A program made the translations under genes and the position numbers. Source: Euprymna scolopes (taxonomy: Eukaryota). From it: a stretch of 64,000 nucleotides of DNA. This document shows, one piece after another, positions 56,845-64,000 of the stretch; the stretch's first letter is position 1, and each line of letters begins with the position of its first letter. The stretch lies in NCBI GenBank assembly GCA_053919585.1, contig CM132785.1; one strand, written 5' to 3'. The notes under the pieces were generated by a model. That model searched no databases, was not told where the DNA came from, and saw only the letters and a program-made list of their open reading frames with translations.

Positions 56845-57045
56845 TCCTATATATTAATAAAATAACATGTCTGTTATTTTGTGTGTCACGCGTACATCTT
56901 TTTTCTTCCAAGTGTTTGTCGTTTAATTACTATGCCCTTCTATTTCTTGTAATAAATAATTTTACCCAGTATTCTTCATAAGTTTTGGTTTTAGTTTCGA
57001 TTATAGTTAAATATACTCAAGTTTTATATATATATATGTATATAA

Positions 57046-57082
<37 letters not shown>

Positions 57083-57446
57083 AGTGTATATATATATATG
57101 CGTGTGTGTGTTTTAGTTTCGGTATCGCTATAAGCTGATGCATTCAAGTCATATGAATGTATACATTTTTGTAATCACAACTTTATGCTATAAAAGAATC
57201 GATAGAAAATTGACTCGATAATGATATATACGAAATCTGCATTAACTAAATATCATATTTAAACGTATTTTACGACCGGGCTAAGCCTGGTGTCTCTGCT
57301 CGCTTAGATAAATACTTTTGCAGTTTTAACAATAGAGCTACAATAATATCAGGGCGTCTCCATTTATGCAGAATATCCACAGAATACCAACATTAATATA
57401 TTACATATGAAAGACGCCGCCGTGAAATTTCTATAAGTCCCGCTAG
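56845..57446 (+). mobile_element. Non-autonomous Helitron (left copy)
   Basis: 5' tcctatatattaataaaa; 3' degenerate hairpin ccgtgaaatttctataagtcccg then CTAG|T. Confidence 0.75.
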
Positions 57447-57461
57447 TGGAGTATTAATATA

Positions 57462-57716
57462 CTAGCAGGACCTGTGAAAATTCCACAGGAGGACTCATTC
57501 ATATGTAATATTGGATTTCTGTAGATGTTCAGTGTAAATAGAGACACTTATATTATTGTAGCTTTTTTTTGTTAAAACTGCAAAAGTATTTATCTAAACT
57601 AGCACGAACGCACGGTCGTAAAGTATGCTTAAATGTGATATTTTAACTCTTAAAGATTTCTTATATATTATTATTGAGCTAATGTTTTATTGATTTTTAT
57701 ATATTATAAAGTTGCG

Positions 57717-57807
<91 letters not shown>

Positions 57808-58236
57808 CTTGGGTGGATTAGCGCGAATCAAAACCGNNNNNNNNNNNNNNNNNNNNNNNNNNNNNNNNNNNNNNNNNNNNNNNNNNNNNNNNNNNNNNNN
57901 NNNNNNNNNNNNNNNNNNNNNNNNNNNNNNNNNNNNNNNNNNNNNNNNNNNNNNNNNNNNNNNNNNNNNNNNNNNNNNNNNNNNNNNNNNNNNNNNNNNN
58001 NNNNNNNNNATAATCGAAACCGAAACCAAAACTTTTGAAGAATTATTGGTAAAATTATTTATATAAAAAAAATAGATGACTTAAGTACCATCAGCTATAA
58101 TCGAAACCGAAACGAAAACTTATAAATAATTCTTTGTAAAATTATTCATGACAAGAAATGGAAGTACATAATTAAACGACCCGGGTGTCAGCGTGCCACA
58201 CAAAAGAACATGCTCGCTATCGTATAAATATATAGA
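57462..58236 (-). mobile_element. Non-autonomous Helitron (right copy, same family, opposite strand)
   Basis: Minus 5' A|TCTATATATTTAT; 3' hairpin cctgtggaattttcacagg then tcctgCTAG|T. Reverse-complement homologous to the left copy. Confidence 0.78.
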
Positions 58237-59599
58237 TATTTATGTATTTGGAAATTTGAAAACATATTTTATAATATTTGTGTATTTAATTTTTTGCAGT
58301 AATATAGTTTTACAGATTGTAATCAGTCCCCATTTTGCTACCTCTTCAACACAGTTTTTAATGTGGAGGCTATCACCCTCCTAAATACGGGATACCTGTG
58401 TTGGGACAAATAACAATTGTGCCGTTGAGAAGAATCTATCTTCCTGTAACTGAAGACTAAGGAAATACTTCACTTTAACCCTAACTCAAAGCGAAGACAT
58501 CCGTTTTCTTTTTTCTTTATATATGCGACGGGCGTTTATAATATTTAAATTTATTTAATATTTTTCAAGTGGAATTTTATCAAGAATAAATTTTTACATT
58601 AATTTGTTGTTAATAAAATTTTTAATTTTATAACTCTATGCCAATTTATTATTAAGGCTAAAAGAAAGTTGCCGGTGTTCGTCGACAAAATGACCGACTG
58701 ATTTTCATCATCAAGCGAGACTCATCAAAGTAAGATGGACAGCCTTGATGCCTCTTCTTGAGTGTGTTGTTTTCTTTCCTTGAATTCATCGAGATAGCTT
58801 TGATCCGATAACAAGTACATGGTCACCATATGTCTTTGTTTTCTTTGATTTTAACACTCGCCGATTAAAGAAATGATTTAATTAAGTCATTTGATGCGCT
58901 CGAGAGGCTTAACTGGATGAATTCGCCACAGAGGAGCCTCTTTAGTTGCTCCCGCTCCCTCTGCTCCTAGGTGACACCCTGCTGAAACTGTGACAGCAAC
59001 AGACAGCGGATCGCCTATTTCGCCATCACGTCTTAATGCAGAGGGTCGAAATTAACTGCGCCCTCTCCTACGAACCATGAGGAGGGCGATGGTGTGAAGC
59101 CGATCACTTGGTAACTATAGTTAATAACAGCGTCATGTTGAGAAGTGTCTCTGTGTCCCACGTAAATGGCAATATTATCTCTTGATCATCGCTCAGTTCA
59201 AATCTTTTGATGGGGGTAAAAGTGGGAGCGGGGTCGAGTAAAGAAAAAAAGGGATAGAGAGACAGACCGACTAAGTGAATGGCTGACTGGTTAGCAGGCG
59301 GCCAGGGCAGGAAAGGAGTCGCGTCGCGAGGTAAAAGGAAGTGACGCCACTCTGAATTGGGTGTTTAGGAAGAGGAAGTCAAAGAAGAGAAGAGTCTAAT
59401 AACGTGTGAGAAAAGCGGTAGGAACGACGTGAAAAGTGACAACACAAGTAGGAAGCGAAATAAAAAAGCGAGACAGTAAGATCGACAAAGTTATTTTTAC
59501 TTCCTTTTTCTCGCAGAAACACGCACGATATCCAGCTGTTCTTTACTAAACAAGAGTCTCATAACATGATAATACGTGTTCTTTCTCACTACCTTTCTA

Positions 59600-59665
<66 letters not shown>

Positions 59666-59999
59666 CCACGTGACCGGCAGAATGGTCATTTTAACGCTGA
59701 TGATTCCGAAAGAATGCAAAATATACGAATGTGGATAATAATTGAGAATATTTATTAACTAATTAATAATAGGCTCTGTACGCTGAGCTTTAGATATGTC
59801 AGGCCAGAACGAAACGAATGATGTAAGTATTTTTTGTCGGGGACTCTTTTTTTTTTAAAGAGGAAGTCAAATTCAAGTAATTATCGAATCAATACGAAAT
59901 TTCACCGATTATTAAGTGAAGAATGAATTTTATACGGTGTGCGTTTTTTTTTTTTTCATAATCGACATTTTTATATATTTTTTGCTTACGCACGCCCCC

Positions 60000-60073
<74 letters not shown>

Positions 60074-60136
60074 CTTATGAAAAAGAATTAAACCATTATA
60101 ATTTTGATTCTTGACTCAATCGTCAAAACAATAGTG

Positions 60137-61042
60137 GTCAGCCATCGGGTCTTGACAACGACCAATTAAGAGCTTTAGTCGAAGGCCATCCACGCACAGC
60201 TCTTCGAATATTTACTTCTGAATAAGACGTTACGTATACGGCGATTTCCAACCACTTGAAAGAGATTAAAATTACAAAAAAAAAACCCTTGATAATGGTT
60301 GCCTCACGAATTGTACGACCACCAAAAGAAACGCCGTTATCAAGTGTCATCTTCAATTCTTTTACACAGCAAGACCGGCCCGTTTATCGACTGGGTCGTG
60401 ACTTATGAAGAAACGTGGGTTCTTTACGACAACCGGCGACGCTCGGCTCAGTGGTTAAACGGCGACAAAGCTCCACGATACTTTCCGAAACCAGGGTTAC
60501 ACCAAGAGTGAGTCATGCTAATTGTTTGTGGTCGGCGGCTGGTTTTATGCTTAACTGTCTTTTATGCAGGCGAAAACATTACGGCGGAGAACTCCTGTCA
60601 AGAAATCGATGAAATGCATCTGAAACTTTAAGAGTAACACGCAACGTTAGTCAACACGTTCTCCTCCACGACAATGCCCGACCGAATGTTGCGAAACGAA
60701 CCCCTGAAGCAATTGACTTGGTTGGACTACGAACCTCTGTCTTATCCGCCATACTCTCCAGATCTCTTATCTACTGAATCCACTTTTTAAAAGTATCTCG
60801 ACAACTTTCTGCGTGAGAAATGCTTCCAAAAACCTAAGCGATATCAAAAACACCTTCAGCGACTTCATCGTGACCATAAAACTATATTTTTACCGTACTG
60901 TCATAAATACACTTGTTTTGCATTGGCAAACGTGTGTTCATTCTGATCGTACTTATTTCAATCAATAAACCTTTGTTTGAGCCAAGATCTGTTCATGTGA
61001 ATTTATAAGTAAAAAATCGCAAGGACTTTCTTGTCAGTCTAA
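60137..61042 (+). mobile_element. Mariner transposon, 5'-truncated relative of 47755-48990
   Basis: PHELYDHQKKRRYQVSSS, VTYEETWVLYDN, LLHDNARP and PPYSPDL motifs; right TIR cgcaaggactttcttgtcagtctaa|TA. Confidence 0.88.
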
Positions 61043-61734
61043 TAGATGCTTTAGAAGGCATAGATTTTTTTCTTCGCTTATAGCTATTAAGTTGGCAGCA
61101 TTTGTTAGGATGCTCACATTGTAGTTTACAGATTTCTGTGGTTCGAATCGTTCGACCGGCAGAACATTTCTCTCCACTGACGATTCCGTAATGAAGTTAC
61201 ATATACAAATGTGGATAATAATTAACTATTTGTTTTATTTATTAACTATTGGGTGTATACGTACTAGATGGCCCAATCAAGCGTTGCCTGGGAGTATTTA
61301 TACTATAACTTTTATTTGCAAACTTGAAACATTGGATTTTACTTTCTCGAAAAAAAACCCTTTCACTACAACACATCGACCACTGTAGTGTAGTTTTTAG
61401 TGTTTTGAGTCCCTAAGAACGAATATCATATATAAATCCCTCGCAAATTTACTCTTTTGGTGGCATTAATATCTCTTTCTAAGAATTACTTTTTTATGGA
61501 TGACTGCAATTTTGTAAAAAAAAACCCTAAAATTTTGGATGGCATTAATACCCATTTCTTCAAAGCTATGCGCAAAGACTAATTCAAGCCTTATTTTTTA
61601 AAGTTGCAAAAATGATTGCGTCCTTACGCATACAAACATGGTCGCCAATAAAAACCGTAGGGATTGCATTGGATAATAATGGTCTAAATACAAGAAAACT
61701 ATTTGTCTGCCCCAGTTTTAAATTATTCGTTTTT

Positions 61735-61810
61735 AACATATGTTAATTATGTTAAATATGTTAATTATGTTAAATATGTTAATTATGTTAAATATGTTAA
61801 TTATGTTTAA
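61735..61810. repeat. 9/18-bp AT-rich tandem repeat (tatgttaat/tatgttaaa) abutting the Tc1 element
   Basis: Directly visible. Confidence 0.85.
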
Positions 61811-61816
61811 CATATA

Positions 61817-63442
61817 CAGTGGGGAAAATAAGTGTTGGACACATCCCATTATTCTTTATTTAACACATTTTTTATGCAGCGAATGACGCGAAAATTTAAC
61901 AAGAAGTAGTTACTAATTTAGCAATAACAAATAACTTTAGAAATTGGAACCTTTTAATGCATAACACAAATCATATAATAAAAACGAAAATAGCCGGAAA
62001 AAAGTATTGGACACACTAACACAATTTCATCTTATATTTAGTTGAAAACCCCTTATTGGCTATTACAGTTTCGAGACGTTTTCTATACGACGAAACTAAT
62101 TTGTGACAACGTTCAGGCGAGATTTTTGCCCACTCTTCAACACATACTTTCTTCAAATCCTGAATATTATGTGGATCTCGCTTGTGGACCATGATTTTGA
62201 GCTCTCTCCATAGATTTTCTATAGGATTTAAGTTTGGGGACTGACTGGGCCACTTAAGAACATCTATTTTGTTCTGTACGAACTAATCGGAGGTTATTTT
62301 AGCAGTATATTTGGGATCATTATATTGTTGAAAGATCCATCCTTGTTGTATACCTAACGCATTGGAAGCAGGCAAGAGATTATTTTCAAGAATTTCTCGA
62401 TATTTGGCTGCATTCATCTTTTCATCTATAATATGAAGTGGCCCAGTACCATTTGAAGAGAAGCATCCCCCAGAGCATGACATTTCTACCACCAAACTTT
62501 ACAGTGGGGAGGGTGTCCTTGGGATCGTGCGCTGTGCCATCTCTTCTCCATACTCGACGTACAGAGTTAATGCTGAAAAGTTCCACTTTCGTCTCATCGG
62601 ACCAGATCACATTCTTCCAGTAATCATCTGTTTTCAATAAGTGGTCTCTTGCAAACTCCAGATGAGCATTAACATGACATTTTTTAGTAATGGTGTCTTT
62701 TGAGGTGTACGCGATTTAAGACTGTTGCATCAGAGTACATTACTTATCATTGGTTTCGTTACTACTATCCCTGCTTCTTCCAAATCTTTCTGAAGTTCGC
62801 CTCGTATGGTTCTCGGTTGCTGCTGAACTTTTTATACAATTTTTCTCACTGCTCGATCCAACATCTTGCGAGGAGCTCCGGTGCGCGGACGGTTCATGAT
62901 GGAGTCATGCACCTTCCATTTCCTTATAAGGTTTCCTATGGTGCTTACAGGGATTTTGAATTGAGCAGATATACGCCGATAACCAATTCCATTCTTGTGT
63001 TCGGCAATAATCTTATCACGGACGACTTGAGAGAGTTCTTTACGTTTACTCATCCTGAGAACCTTCACGTGTGATGGCTTACTGGTGACTAACGTGTTTC
63101 AATACTTTCCAACGACCTAGAGTATGGTCTACAACAATTGAGAAACTTCTAAAATGTATAATAGTGTCAACAAATTAAAATGCAAATAACAATTTCCAGC
63201 ATTATTTACAAAAAATAATAATAAAATATCATTTAAAACAATGTGTCCAATACTTTTTTTCCAGGCTATTCTCGTTTTTATTACATAATTCTTGTTATGC
63301 ATTAAAAGGTTCCAATTTCTAAAGTTATTTGTTATTGTTAAGTTAGTAACTATTTCTTGTTAAATTTTCGCGTCATTCGCTGCATAAAAAGTGTGTTAAA
63401 TAAAGAATAATGGGATGTGTCCAACACTTATTTTCCCCACTG
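61817..63442 (-). mobile_element. Tc1-family DD34E transposon with long IR/DR-type TIRs, inactive
   Basis: TA|CAGTGGGGAAAATAAGTGTTGGACACA... ~200-bp near-perfect TIRs. Transposase from ATG 63053 (MSKRKELSQ), with WSDETK, FQQYNDPKY and [11 protein letters not shown]; contains stops and frameshifts. Confidence 0.95.
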
Positions 63443-64000
63443 TATATGTTGACTTGGAAATAAACTAAATTTTTTAAATCTTTTTTTATTAATTGTAAGG
63501 TGATTTCTAAATAATAACGTTATTTCGGAACTTTTGTTTTTTGTAAATTTAAAAAAAAAATGTTGTAGAAGTTGAATTTTACTTGCGGAGATTTTTTTCT
63601 GTGATATGACAATTAAGTATAGGCCATTGGAATTCAATGCCGAATTTCGCACTAATTGGGAAGAAACATTTTCTCGTGCATAAACCAAAACGTATAATTT
63701 GTACCCAAGTAAATAATCCCAAGAAATAGGCATTTGCAACGGATTTAAATGTCATAATTAGACCTGAAAACCCCTCAAAAACTAGACTCAGTAGTTTATA
63801 CCTTTCAAATATTTGAATAAATATTTAAATTGAGCTAGAAAGAAAATTTTAGCGGTATTTAAAAATAGAATTGATCATAACGCGCTATTGCGTGAGTTTT
63901 AAAACATGATTATTAAAAGCAATGATGAAAAAAAACAAAACTTTTCATTGTTTACGTTTGGATGTAAATTATTACGGTTATTATTTCATCATTTTCTTAG

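Larger units (their letters stand above)
44154..58520 (+). pseudogene. Decayed multi-Ig-domain gene, copy C (putative exons ~44154-44448, 45157-45780, 49216-49307 + 51530-51665, 51774-51950, 51992-52216, 54156-54438, 54647-55385, 58316-58520; may continue to window end)
   Basis: Ig motifs: SQLSDTGSY; CRCSLMEPVQVAYSW; NFTFLC...RWFK...VYFCIV*N...KNFELNI; ITLKCDTV..DP...LKW...LTVSGIIGQDT*DYS..VAWN; NASIPC...QIKCYR...DL*EY*C. Canonical AG acceptors; stops and frameshifts throughout. Confidence 0.55.

Noticed and set aside
4126-58066. ORFs spanning N-gaps or (TA)n/(CTA)n tracts
   Set aside because: Artefacts of gaps and microsatellites.
58650-59570. GC-richer island as solo LTR or promoter
   Set aside because: No clear TG...CA termini with a TSD and no coding signal; left unassigned.
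59690-59725. Hammerhead-like core ctgatga-ttccgaaagaat-gcaaa (and a weaker one near 46625-46680)
   Set aside because: The GAAA core is disrupted and no convincing stems I and III were found.
61081-61175. tRNA gene (B-box ggttcgaatc)
   Set aside because: No cloverleaf; at most a decayed tRNA-derived SINE head.

Overview
AT-rich animal (probably invertebrate) scaffold with 8 N-gaps and many (TA)n microsatellites. I found no intact protein-coding gene. Roughly half the window is decayed transposable elements: RTE, CR1/Jockey-group and Penelope-like LINE fragments, two Gypsy-type LTR remnants plus a solo LTR, a large RepHel Helitron remnant, several non-autonomous Helitrons, and Tc1/mariner elements and MITEs. 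There are also tandem arrays and a 5S rRNA-derived repeat. The main signal not shown by the ORF track is on the + strand. Many AG/GT-bounded segments between the TEs translate, with stops and frameshifts, into immunoglobulin-superfamily (Ig I/C2-like) domain motifs, and two of them encode transmembrane segments. I read this as a tandem cluster of about three unprocessed, decayed multi-Ig cell-surface receptor genes (~5.5-11.5 kb, ~21.7-40.8 kb, ~44 kb onward). This rests on by-eye motif recognition and needs a frameshift-aware profile search to confirm. Other notable items: a ~1.4 kb palindrome made of two tail-to-tail Helitrons with a bypassed old 3' end, a minisatellite born inside a Helitron helicase, and a ~52-bp satellite whose units each form a hairpin.
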